A stretch of 64,000 nucleotides of DNA from an uncultured delta proteobacterium (lineage in GTDB: Bacteria > Desulfobacterota > Desulfuromonadia > Geobacterales > Pseudopelobacteraceae), in NCBI GenBank assembly GCA_963772835.1, contig CAVYYZ010000009.1, positions 32,001-96,000 on the forward strand, read 5' to 3'. Position 1 is the stretch's first letter. Every line of letters starts with the position of its first letter. This document shows, one piece after another, positions 31,421 through 40,641 of the stretch. The position numbers and the translations under genes were made by a program. A model generated the notes under the pieces. It did not search any database and was not told where the DNA came from. It saw only the letters and a list, made by a program, of their open reading frames with translations.

Positions 31421-31843
31421 TCATGCGGGAACGAACGGCCGCAGGTAGCGGGTGACATATTCCTCAGATAGCCCGGCGGCCTTAATGCCGTGGTTAATTC
31501 TGGCAATATACTCCTCTTTCGGTTCACCCTCCTCAACAACCGGATCGATATAAACCAGGCAGTCCACCTCCCTTCCGTTCACTTCCACCCCCAGTTCTTC
31601 CTTGAGGTAGCTCCCATTCTCAACTCCTTCAAAACGGTCGAGGCTGAGCACGTCATCTTCCGAGAGTTCGTACACTGTTCCAAGCACATAGTCTCTCTCT
31701 GATGCCACGATACTGGCATACCCCCGAGTCGTTATGATCCAGCGCCACCCATGTAGTCGCCCGGCACTGACATGACAATAATCAGGGCATCGCAGAATCA
31801 TTTGCTGTCGCCACAGATTTGAACCATACGCAAAATAAAGCAT
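31421..31843 (-). CDS. Gamma-glutamylcyclotransferase family protein
   Basis: YFAYGSNL, G.VYEL, LDRFEG (catalytic Glu); GGAGG RBS. Confidence 0.9.
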   Translation of the reverse strand: MLYFAYGSNLWRQQMILRCPDYCHVSAGRLHGWRWIITTRGYASIVASERDYVLGTVYELSEDDVLSLDRFEGVENGSYLKEELGVEVNGREVDCLVYIDPVVEEGEPKEEYIARINHGIKAAGLSEEYVTRYLRPFVPA

Positions 31844-31873
31844 ACTATCCTCCCGATTCGTCCCATCAGGAAA

Positions 31874-31928
31874 AGTAACACAATATTTACACGGCACAAA
31901 CACAACCGTCACAATTTTCCTATATGAT
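31874..31928 (+). promoter_or_regulatory. Pho-box-like promoter of the ligase-psd-lgt operon
   Basis: AGTAACA/ATTTACA/ACAAACA/CGTCACA at 11-bp period, 9-nt spacer, TATGAT. Confidence 0.7.
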
Positions 31929-31935
31929 CACTCAT

Positions 31936-34369
31936 ATGATCAACAACCAACCAGTAGATTCTGAACCGCTCAATGTCCGCAAGGTGTTTGCGCGACTGGG
32001 GGTTTCCTTTGCATCACGGGATGAACTGGCGGCCACACTCCCTTTCTCGTTGCATGATGTGACCGCAGGTTCAGAAAGCGAACTCCAGGCGGTAGTGTGC
32101 GGTGCACAGAGAGATGTTGACCTGCCGCAGATTATTGAACAGTCCAATTTTTTTGCCAATATGATGAAACGGGCGGCATCAGGTGAAGCGCCCCGAAGGG
32201 CTGTGGCAGATCTGGAGCGGTTCCTGGCGGACAATCCTTCCGGGGTGTGGGAAAACAGCTGGGTGCGGTTTCCCCGCCGGAACCTTTCACGCTTTGCGCT
32301 CAGCGTATTGGAAACCGACCTGCTGGCGGATAAAAAAAATCCTGCAGGCGGCATACGGGCAGACTCAGCCAGCTTCATGTTCCGTGATGCTTCCGGCGAA
32401 GAGATGCTGCGGCTGCCGATCAGTTACCTGATCAAACTGGCTCTGGCCGATCTGCTCGGTTCCCAGCAGATACTCCCCGACCTGATCCGTCAGACCGGTA
32501 TCCGCCTGATGGAACATTACCTGAACGACAACACCTCGCCGGAAACCTTTTCATTTAATGTTGTCTCTCTCACGCCCCGTAATGGCATGGGCGCAGCTAT
32601 TGCCAGGGAAACCGCCATACGCTTCCTGATGACCCACCTGTTGGTGACATACGCCAACCAGGCCTTCGGTATCGCCGAGCGAGGTCAGCAGGCCATGACC
32701 TATTTCGCCCCCCACCCTCCGGTACGGCAAAAAGAGCTGAACGACCATGTCTCGGACAGCTTCTATCGAGATCTGTTCATGAGCCCCTGCCTTTCCGGCT
32801 GGGACAAGGGGGAGGACAAATTCCGTTACATGCATCTCTGCCACCAGGTTTTGTCCCGCAGCCAGCTCAACGCGGTCGCCAAACTGCGTGACGCGGGTAT
32901 CATCCTTACCAATCTGGTAGTGCTGCCAAATCTCTCCAATGTGAGCCTGGCCAACAACGGCACCCATATCAGCATCGGAAGCCGGCGCCTGACGCAGGCT
33001 CTTGCGGACGACGGTTCCGGTTTCAACGCAGCTCACGAAAAGCATTTTGGCGATCTGGCGATCAAAATCAGCGAACATTTTCTGCCGCTCTTCGTAGGCA
33101 CGTATACCGCGGCTCCCTACCGGATAGCATTCAGTGATTTCCATCCCGAAAAAGCACTCGGCTTTCTCTCGCATGAACTGGACTATACTCACTTGAGGAT
33201 GATCTGGCGGCGCTGGAAAAAGAAGGCAGATCTTTCCATTTTCGGTCAGCCGCTCACCCCTTTCGGACCCCACGCGCTGGACAGTCTGGTGAGTTCCGCC
33301 TTCAGGCTGAGAGGTGATTTTGTCCCTGATTACCGGCTTATCGATTATCTGGTCTGCCTGTTGTCAACGGAGCGCAGTCCCGGATTGGACGGGCAGGTCG
33401 GCAACAGTAACCGACTGCGCCGCGATCTGGCCGACATGGGTGTGTTCGATGAGCAGATGTCGGTCTACCTGCTCTACAAGCAGCGTGAATTCGCAAAAAT
33501 GGGTTTTTCCGGGTTTGAGGGGCGCTATTACAGCATGTTCGAAAATTTCGCTGATGACATGGGGCGGGCGACAGATCTGCAGACACTGATAACGGCACTG
33601 GCCTACAAGTACATGGCGCTCGGCACGACCCATACCCATATTCCCGATGCCCCGTCACTGGAGAGCGAACGGCGGCAGATTTTTTTCGGAGCGGCTATCG
33701 GAATCCCCACTTTTTTTGTACAAAGGGACAGCAGTCAATGCCTTTCTGAAGAAAATTCTCAAGAAAACCGCCGGAATCCGGTCCAGTCACCGCTATCCCG
33801 GTTATCTACGGGTACAGATCCATGAGTATCGTCGGGCTCTGATACAGGTAATCCGCGAAGATGCGGCCGACCTGGTGGAAATGATGGGTCTGCACGACAC
33901 CCTGAACGACCTGGAGAAGAGAATCAACGAACCGACCATCCATTCCGCTGCAGGACGTTTGACCTCCGGCATCCTCAACGAGGTGAACGCATCATCACCT
34001 CTGAGCGTTAATGCCCGTGAATTTAACATCGGAGCCGAAAACTACTACCGGACCACGTTGAAACGGCGGCATCTGGATGAGGCTTTCGGATTCCTGCATC
34101 AGGACTGTCACCTGCTGGACCGGGAACAGAGCTCGCTCAACGAGGAACAACGCAAGGCCCTGAGGGTCATCCTTCAGGGGCAGAATGCAGCCCGGTTCAT
34201 CGAAGATGCCAAAGCGGATGTCCTGCACGATCGGGCGGACATTCCGACCCTGCAGCGACTGATGAATCTGGTGCTGTTCAAGGTGCATCACGATCTGGTT
34301 ACTGCCACACATACATCAGACCATCAAAGGAGCGATCAGAATGCAGCACCAGTACATCGAGCGGGATAG
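31936..34369 (+). CDS. About 810-aa protein with GS/glutamate-cysteine-ligase-like motifs (putative carboxylate-amine ligase); one frameshift at ~33710-33740
   Basis: TAGSESELQ, NNGTHISIG and GFEGRY resemble GxExE, GxHxS and ExR. ORFs 31924-33825 and 33647-34369 join as FFVQRDSS/NAFLKKILKK on removal of one base. Confidence 0.65.
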
Positions 34370-35357
34370 CGGCAGGGTCGTCACAGAGCAGTTGATCGGC
34401 GACAGCATGGTCAGACTGCTGTATCACGGAGTACGTGAAAACAATGCCGCCCTGTTCAGGTTGTTAACCAGCAGCTGGTCGTCCCATATCCTGAGCATGG
34501 TCAATTTTGACCGCCCCATCCTGTCGGAACGGGCCTTTCTGGAGAATTGCGGCATCGACCTGTCGGAGTGCCTCGACGCGTACGACAGGCTGGACACGCC
34601 TCGTAAAATATTCGAGCGAAGGATTCGCTACATGGAATGCCGTCCCATGCCGGCAGAGATAGATACGATTGTATCACCTGCCGATGCACGGGTGCTGGTG
34701 GGGTCATTTCACGAGACATCACTGGTTTTTTTGAAAGAAAAATTTTTCTCCTTCGAGGAACTGCTCGGCAGTGACAACAGTGTGTGGCACAACGCCTTTA
34801 CCGGAGGCGACTTTGCCGTTTTTCGGCTGACACCGGACAAATACCACTACAACCATACCCCGGTATCCGGTCAGGTAATCGATATTTATGCCATCGACGG
34901 TGGGTACCACTCCTGCAACCCGACCGCCGTGGTCGCCGTTGCCACACCGTATTCGAAAAACAAACGGGTTGTCACCATTATCGATACCGATGTGCCGGGG
35001 GGCACCGGAGTCGGACTGGTCGCGATGATCGAAGTTGTAGCGTTAATGATCGGCGACATTGTCCAGGCCTACAGCTCTGAGGCATATAACTCACCACAGC
35101 CGGTTGAAAACGGGATGTTTCTGCAGAAGGGACAGCCAAAGAGCCTCTATCGCCCGGGGAGCAGCACCGACATCCTCATCTTCCAGAGAGGGCGCATTGA
35201 TTTCGCCACTGATATTCTGGAAAATATGCGCAAAACGAACGTGTCAAGCCGCTTCACCCAGGGATTTAAAAAACCGCTTGTCGAGACGGATATCCGGGTG
35301 CGCTCATTGCTCGGCACGGCACGCAACAGTTCCAACTCGGGAGGAACCGATGATTGA
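34341..35357 (+). CDS. Phosphatidylserine decarboxylase family (pyruvoyl) enzyme
   Basis: SPADARV, RLTPDKYHYNHTP, PGSST self-cleavage site. Confidence 0.88.
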   Translation: MQHQYIERDSGRVVTEQLIGDSMVRLLYHGVRENNAALFRLLTSSWSSHILSMVNFDRPILSERAFLENCGIDLSECLDAYDRLDTPRKIFERRIRYMECRPMPAEIDTIVSPADARVLVGSFHETSLVFLKEKFFSFEELLGSDNSVWHNAFTGGDFAVFRLTPDKYHYNHTPVSGQVIDIYAIDGGYHSCNPTAVVAVATPYSKNKRVVTIIDTDVPGGTGVGLVAMIEVVALMIGDIVQAYSSEAYNSPQPVENGMFLQKGQPKSLYRPGSSTDILIFQRGRIDFATDILENMRKTNVSSRFTQGFKKPLVETDIRVRSLLGTARNSSNSGGTDD

Positions 35358-36402
35358 AACAGTAACAATGCTCTCAGTCGTTATTCTGTTGACGTGCTAT
35401 TTTTGGTGGGGGTTCAGGATGCTGCCCGGAGAGCGATGGCAAATAGTAGCCACGATGCCGTCTGTTAAAACAGGGCCAGGGGTGTGGAGCGGGGTCAATT
35501 TCACCTGGTACGGCCTGCTTACCGCCAACGCGTATTTCGTGTCAGTAGCGGTGCTGCTTGTACTGATGGGAGCTGCCGGGGTCCCGCCGGTCGGCACGGC
35601 CATTCTGGCGGCGGCCATGCTCTGCTGTTGCGTGCCTGCATCGCGTCTGGTAGCGCGGATTGTCGAAAAAAAAGCCCACACCTTCACTGTCGGAGGGGCG
35701 GTATTCGTCGGCATCCTGATTGCCCCCTTTGTAATAGCAGCCATCAACCGCACCGCTGGCAGGATGCTGGAATTCCATATTCCTATAATGGCGGCATATG
35801 CCGCGATTGCCATTGCCTACGCCTTCGGCGAAGGGTTGGGGAGGATGGCCTGCATCAGTTTCGGCTGCTGTTACGGGAAGCCGCTTTCGGCAAGTTCGGG
35901 TCTGCTCAAGAGGCTGTTTGCGGGTCGCAGCTTTGTATTTTTCGGCAACACCAAAAAAATAGCATATGCCGGAGGACTTGAGGCGACCGAGGTTATTCCC
36001 ATTCAGGCCGTTACCGCCGTTTTCTATACCGGCTGCGGCCTGATTGCAGCCGGTATGTATCTCACGTCTCACCATACCGGTGCCTTTCTCCTGGCGACTG
36101 TTTCAACCCAGGGATGGCGCTCGTTTTCCGAGACTCTTCGTGCCGACTATCGTGGAAAGGGAAGGTTTTCCGCATATCAGATTATGGGAATCATCGGTAT
36201 CCTGTATGCCATCGCTGCAGCATGCTTCTTCATGAATGAACCATCAGGTCACGATGATCTCCTGACGGGTCTGAAAGGCCTCTGGAATCCGGCACTGATT
36301 CTTTTTCTGCAGGGCATCTGGATGACCATTTTCCTGTACACGGGACGGAGCACGGTGACAGGCGCTACGCTCAGTTTTCATGTACACACGGAGCGGATTT
36401 GA
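35350..36402 (+). CDS. Prolipoprotein diacylglyceryl transferase (Lgt)-like membrane protein
   Basis: TWYG, GLGRMACISFGCCYGKP, P.Q, RSFSETLRAD; multiple TM helices. Confidence 0.8.
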   Translation: MIETVTMLSVVILLTCYFWWGFRMLPGERWQIVATMPSVKTGPGVWSGVNFTWYGLLTANAYFVSVAVLLVLMGAAGVPPVGTAILAAAMLCCCVPASRLVARIVEKKAHTFTVGGAVFVGILIAPFVIAAINRTAGRMLEFHIPIMAAYAAIAIAYAFGEGLGRMACISFGCCYGKPLSASSGLLKRLFAGRSFVFFGNTKKIAYAGGLEATEVIPIQAVTAVFYTGCGLIAAGMYLTSHHTGAFLLATVSTQGWRSFSETLRADYRGKGRFSAYQIMGIIGILYAIAAACFFMNEPSGHDDLLTGLKGLWNPALILFLQGIWMTIFLYTGRSTVTGATLSFHVHTERI

Positions 36403-36403
36403 T

Positions 36404-36898
36404 ATGGCCGACGTACGACAGGTGAGGAATCTGTGGCGGCGGATCGCCGCACCGGTCATAAAACGGGTACAGGGTGTCATGTCATGCGGACTTACGCCCC
36501 GGAAACTTGCCCTGACACTCTGTCTCGGGAGCGCCTTAGGGGTTATGCCGGTGGTATTCGGCGCCTCGCTCATCTGCATAATTGTGGCCCATGTCATGAG
36601 GCTCAATCATGTCGCACTGCAGTCGGTGAACTGTCTCCTCTGGCCGGTTCAACTTGCACTTCTTGTCCCCTTTTTCAAACTGGGTGCATGGTTGTTCCCC
36701 GGAGGACCGCCTGTGCAGCAGCACCTTCTTTCAACTTTTGTCCTGAGCCATGATCTTTCAGCCTTGAATTCCTTTGGCTGGATGATGATCAAGGCACTCG
36801 CGGCGTGGATGGTGACGGTGCTTCCGGCAGCTTTGCTCATTTATCTGATAGTGAGATCACCTGTTTCAGACAGATTACCAAAAAGCTTTGACTATTGA
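36404..36898 (+). CDS. DUF2062-like small membrane protein
   Basis: TPRKLAL..CLG...G..P, RLN, N...P pattern. Confidence 0.75.
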   Translation: MADVRQVRNLWRRIAAPVIKRVQGVMSCGLTPRKLALTLCLGSALGVMPVVFGASLICIIVAHVMRLNHVALQSVNCLLWPVQLALLVPFFKLGAWLFPGGPPVQQHLLSTFVLSHDLSALNSFGWMMIKALAAWMVTVLPAALLIYLIVRSPVSDRLPKSFDY

Positions 36899-36934
36899 AT
36901 GCCTGCAATCAGTACAAATCAATAAGGAGATAGT

Positions 36935-37879
36935 ATGCCGGGACCCTATGCACATATCGCTCTGCTGCAGGAGCTCATGCGGCCGGGAACGGTGGAGTCG
37001 ATTTTTGCCCCTTCATCGCTATTCCCAGAATCATTGGCACCGTTTTTCCCGTTCTGCGCACTGGGCGCTGTCAGCCCCGATTATCCAAATCTGGCGACGG
37101 TTGATCGAACCGCTTCCATCTGGGCGGATGCCATGCACTATACCCGTGCGTGCGAGATGATCACCAGTGGTATCAGACGCGTCAGGGGGGAGCACGGAAC
37201 GGTTCGGGACAAACAGTTGGCATGGCTTCTGGGCTACTGCGCTCACGTGGCAACGGATGTAACCATCCATCCCGTTGTTCTGGCAAAAGTGGGTGTATAT
37301 GCGGAAAACCAGCGACATCATCGTATCTGCGAAATGAACCAGGACAGTTACATTTATCGGCGCATGAATCTGGGCGAGATCGGCGAATCGGATATTTTTG
37401 CCCGGACCGTGGCACAATGCAGCTCTGCCTCTGACGATGCGAAACTTGACAGGGATATCGTCACTCTCTGGGAGGGTATGCTCAAGGATGTTCATCCGGA
37501 TTTGTATGCCGCTCATCAGCCTGATAGCTCCTCATGGCATCGAGAATTTATGACTTTTGATGCCGGCAACGCCGGCAACGCCGTAAAACTTTTCCCACTT
37601 GCCAAAGTTATTGCGACAAAAATGGATCTTGCCTATCCCGTCGGCGACAAGGTTGACCGTCAGTACATAGACGAGTTGGAAATCCCGCTGATAACCCCGC
37701 AATATCTTCACTATGACGATATTTTTGACCACTCTGTCGATAATGTAGCTGCGATATGGAGGCTTGTAGAGCGAGCTGTGTGTGATGACAATATTCGTAA
37801 TCTGCCTGTTTTCAGCGACTGGAATCTTGATAACGGGCGGGATGAATTCGGTAGACTTGTCTTCTGGGATGAACACTGA
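36935..37879 (+). CDS. Zinc-dependent phospholipase C family protein
   Basis: MPG.YAH, GAVSPD, MHY, LGYCAHVATD..IHP, HRICE; no signal peptide. Confidence 0.85.
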   Translation: MPGPYAHIALLQELMRPGTVESIFAPSSLFPESLAPFFPFCALGAVSPDYPNLATVDRTASIWADAMHYTRACEMITSGIRRVRGEHGTVRDKQLAWLLGYCAHVATDVTIHPVVLAKVGVYAENQRHHRICEMNQDSYIYRRMNLGEIGESDIFARTVAQCSSASDDAKLDRDIVTLWEGMLKDVHPDLYAAHQPDSSSWHREFMTFDAGNAGNAVKLFPLAKVIATKMDLAYPVGDKVDRQYIDELEIPLITPQYLHYDDIFDHSVDNVAAIWRLVERAVCDDNIRNLPVFSDWNLDNGRDEFGRLVFWDEH

Positions 37880-38136
37880 TACGGTATCTGCAGCGACTGT
37901 AATGAAAGGATTTGTAAGAACAGCCGGGTCGGTTTTTGATATTCCCGGATCACAGAGTAGAAATGGCGACCGGCATATTCGAGGAGTCGATGCATGGTGG
38001 ATACCGTCATTTTTTCACTGCCCGGGGATTGACTGAACAGCTGTATGAATATCGCCATAATCATACGTTTTGTCCCGACGTTACATGCAAACAGGACTGA
38101 TTTGTTTTCACTATAAACGGTACGAGGAGACATGCC

Positions 38137-38328
38137 ATGTACATTGCCAGAGACAAAAATAACGACCTGTACCTCTTTAACGAACTGCCAGACAGGGGAA
38201 ATGAATGCTGGTGGGCTTCCAAAGAAGTTGACGGCACCTATCTTCGCCTCAATAAATCCCTCTATCCAGAAGTCACCTGGGATTCTGAGCCGTTCCGGGC
38301 AGAATTATCGATTGTAAAACCTTCCTGA
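38137..38328 (+). CDS. Small hypothetical protein (63 aa)
   Basis: GAGGAG RBS; YIARDKN.DLYL...P...W...LYPEVTW.SEP. Confidence 0.7.
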   Translation: MYIARDKNNDLYLFNELPDRGNECWWASKEVDGTYLRLNKSLYPEVTWDSEPFRAELSIVKPS

Positions 38329-38494
38329 GATAAACCGGAATAATGTTCGTGATGTTCCCGCCAAATCTCTCCTGGCAGGTTCATACTGTAGTCCTGCCAA
38401 AATTGTTACAATTACGTTACAATTGCCTATAATGCTTGATACTTTCTGGACTGCAGGTATAGTTGACATCATTACAATAAATAGGGAGGCGGCA

Positions 38495-38782
38495 ATGAGT
38501 AAAAAGGAAAAGTCGGTTTTTGTCCTGGCGGATGATTTTCAAACTATGATTACCATGATTCCCAAATTGGCAGCGTTTTTAAAAGTCCATAACGAGATTG
38601 CAGCAGGGTACCAAAAGTACCGTAAAAACGGCGGGGCTTCGATTCCCGGAATTGAGAAGCATATTGGCATCAAGGAGCAAAAGAGCGTTCCTGCCTCAAA
38701 AACGAAGATGACCGCTGTAGTAACAAAAACCAAGGTGACTGATGGAATATCTGAAGTAAAAAAAAAGAAGGTCAAAAAATAA
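38495..38782 (+). CDS. Small basic hypothetical protein with a Lys-rich tail
   Basis: GGGAGG RBS; 95 aa. Confidence 0.65.
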   Translation: MSKKEKSVFVLADDFQTMITMIPKLAAFLKVHNEIAAGYQKYRKNGGASIPGIEKHIGIKEQKSVPASKTKMTAVVTKTKVTDGISEVKKKKVKK

Positions 38783-38924
38783 CGTAATGGCTGCGTTTCC
38801 GATAACAGACTAAAGATTCCGGGACGGTACATTTCCAACAATATTGCAGGAGCGGCAGCGATGCCGCTCTTTTTGTTTGTGTTGCATTTGACCGGACGAG
38901 TTACCATCTGATACGCGCATTTAT

Positions 38925-38980
38925 GGTCACTAAAAAGTTTCGAAGTTGGAACCCGATCGCAATCTCAAGTGTGCTAGAAA
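38925..38980 (+). promoter_or_regulatory. Pho-box-like promoter of the phosphoesterase gene
   Basis: GGTCACT/AGTTTCG/TGGAACC/CGCAATC at 11-bp period, 10-nt spacer, TGc-TAGAAA. Confidence 0.5.
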
Positions 38981-39022
38981 TCTGTGCATGATTTCAAAAC
39001 TTGTTTTTCGGAGGGAACACAC

Positions 39023-40387
39023 ATGGACGTAGTGAAGAGTAGGATTTCATTTACCTCGGTGCTGGCTGTTTTAGCACTATCCACCCTGATGAGTGGTTGC
39101 GGCAATAGCGACACTCCAGCTGCAACAATTGCTACCACACCTCAGGCACCAGCAACCACCGCAACGTTGTTGTACACATCTGATGCTCATTATGGCATCA
39201 AACGTGCCGCAGCTTACGCCTTCAACGGCTACAGCAACGCCCAGCAGGTTAACTCAGCCATGGTGTCCGTCATGAACACCATGCCTACAGTAGCTTTGCC
39301 TGCTGATGGCGGCGTGAATGCGGGAGCGGTCATCAAAACAGTTGATTATGTTGTCGAGGGTGGCGACATCGCCAACCGGATGCAGGCTGACGCGAAAAAC
39401 GGGTATTCAACCTACGTCCAGTCAGCATATGATTCATGGAAACAGTTCGAGGCCGGTTACATAAATACCTTGAAATTTCCTATGCTCATGCTCCCCGGTA
39501 ACCATGACGTTTCCAATGCTGTTGGTTATGTAAAAACCATGAGCCGGGATGGCGGGGTAACACCGGTAGCTGCCGGTGGTTTGACCAATCTGGATGGTTC
39601 TGTCATGGCGTTCATCTACAACAAGTTTGTGAAAGCCGGTACCTTTAATACATCGACAAAATCGTCGGCACAGGATTCTTATTCCAATACAACATATCAA
39701 ACTGCAGCAAACAAGGTGTATTACTCTAAAGACATTGCCGGTGTTCATTTCATGTTTATCAGCATGTGGCCTGACCTGGATGCTCAAGCATGGATGGAGG
39801 GTGACCTTGCAAAGATAAGCTCTACCACTCCGGCGGTTATCTTTACTCATGATGAACCTACCACCGAAGGAAAACACCTGACAGATAAAGGTGGACCTAC
39901 CGTATTTTCAACTACCAACAAATTTGAAAACCTCCTTGTCAACGTTTCCGAGTATGACACGGTCGCACTTGGTACAACTGCGGATGGTGTAGCTGCCACA
40001 ACAATTTCAGTGCCCTACCATACCCAGGGTAATATGTCTTCGAGAGCTGCGCAAAGGTCTTTCGTCCGCTTTCTGCAACGCCATAAAAACATTGTTGCCT
40101 ACTTCCATGGCAACACCAACTTCAATGAGTTCTACATATATACTGGTCCTGACAATCTTGTCAGCCTGCCTGTCTTCCGTGTTGACTCACCGATGAAGGG
40201 TTATTATTCCGGTCAGGATGATGCTACGGTAGCCCCTACGGCTGGGGTTTTTAATACCAATCTGCTTTCATACCAGGTTGTCTCTATTGATTCAGTAGCA
40301 AAAAAAATGACGGTTCGTGAATATCTTTGGAAAACAAATGCCTGGGGTGCAAGTTCTTCTGTATCACTTGATCCTCGAGCACTGTAG
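39023..40387 (+). CDS. Calcineurin-like metallophosphoesterase lipoprotein
   Basis: Lipobox MSGC; SDAH, GGD, GNHD, THD, FHGN motifs. Confidence 0.85.
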   Translation: MDVVKSRISFTSVLAVLALSTLMSGCGNSDTPAATIATTPQAPATTATLLYTSDAHYGIKRAAAYAFNGYSNAQQVNSAMVSVMNTMPTVALPADGGVNAGAVIKTVDYVVEGGDIANRMQADAKNGYSTYVQSAYDSWKQFEAGYINTLKFPMLMLPGNHDVSNAVGYVKTMSRDGGVTPVAAGGLTNLDGSVMAFIYNKFVKAGTFNTSTKSSAQDSYSNTTYQTAANKVYYSKDIAGVHFMFISMWPDLDAQAWMEGDLAKISSTTPAVIFTHDEPTTEGKHLTDKGGPTVFSTTNKFENLLVNVSEYDTVALGTTADGVAATTISVPYHTQGNMSSRAAQRSFVRFLQRHKNIVAYFHGNTNFNEFYIYTGPDNLVSLPVFRVDSPMKGYYSGQDDATVAPTAGVFNTNLLSYQVVSIDSVAKKMTVREYLWKTNAWGASSSVSLDPRAL

Positions 40388-40459
40388 GACGTCCCTCAAA
40401 CAACATGTATGGAGCACTGCCCGAGTCGGAAACGGCGCGGGCAGTGCAGACATTTATAA

Positions 40460-40498
40460 TCGCGCAGGACCTATGCCCGGGTCCATGCGCATTTTTTT
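40460..40498 (+). terminator. Intrinsic terminator, preceded by a second hairpin at ~40411-40447
   Basis: GCGCAGGACC...GGTCCATGCGC followed by 7 T. Confidence 0.65.
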
Positions 40499-40533
40499 GC
40501 AAACCTCCGCCTGCATTATCAGCGCTTTCTGCC

Positions 40534-40589
40534 CTTCATTAACATTTAACCAACTCGACACCCCGATGTAACCTTGCTTTTGCTATGTT
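40534..40589 (+). promoter_or_regulatory. Pho-box-like promoter of the pseudokinase-PstS operon
   Basis: CTTCATT/TTTAACC/CGACACC/TGTAACC at 11-bp period, 10-nt spacer, TGc-TATGTT. Confidence 0.55.
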
Positions 40590-40641
40590 TGCCACATGGG
40601 AATTTCCCGCATCTCACAATTTTACCCGGCAAGGAAAAAAC

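Noticed and set aside
33705..33740. Programmed frameshift or phase variation at the T7 run
   Set aside because: Similar indels occur in unrelated genes, and the protein reads most naturally with the break after the run.
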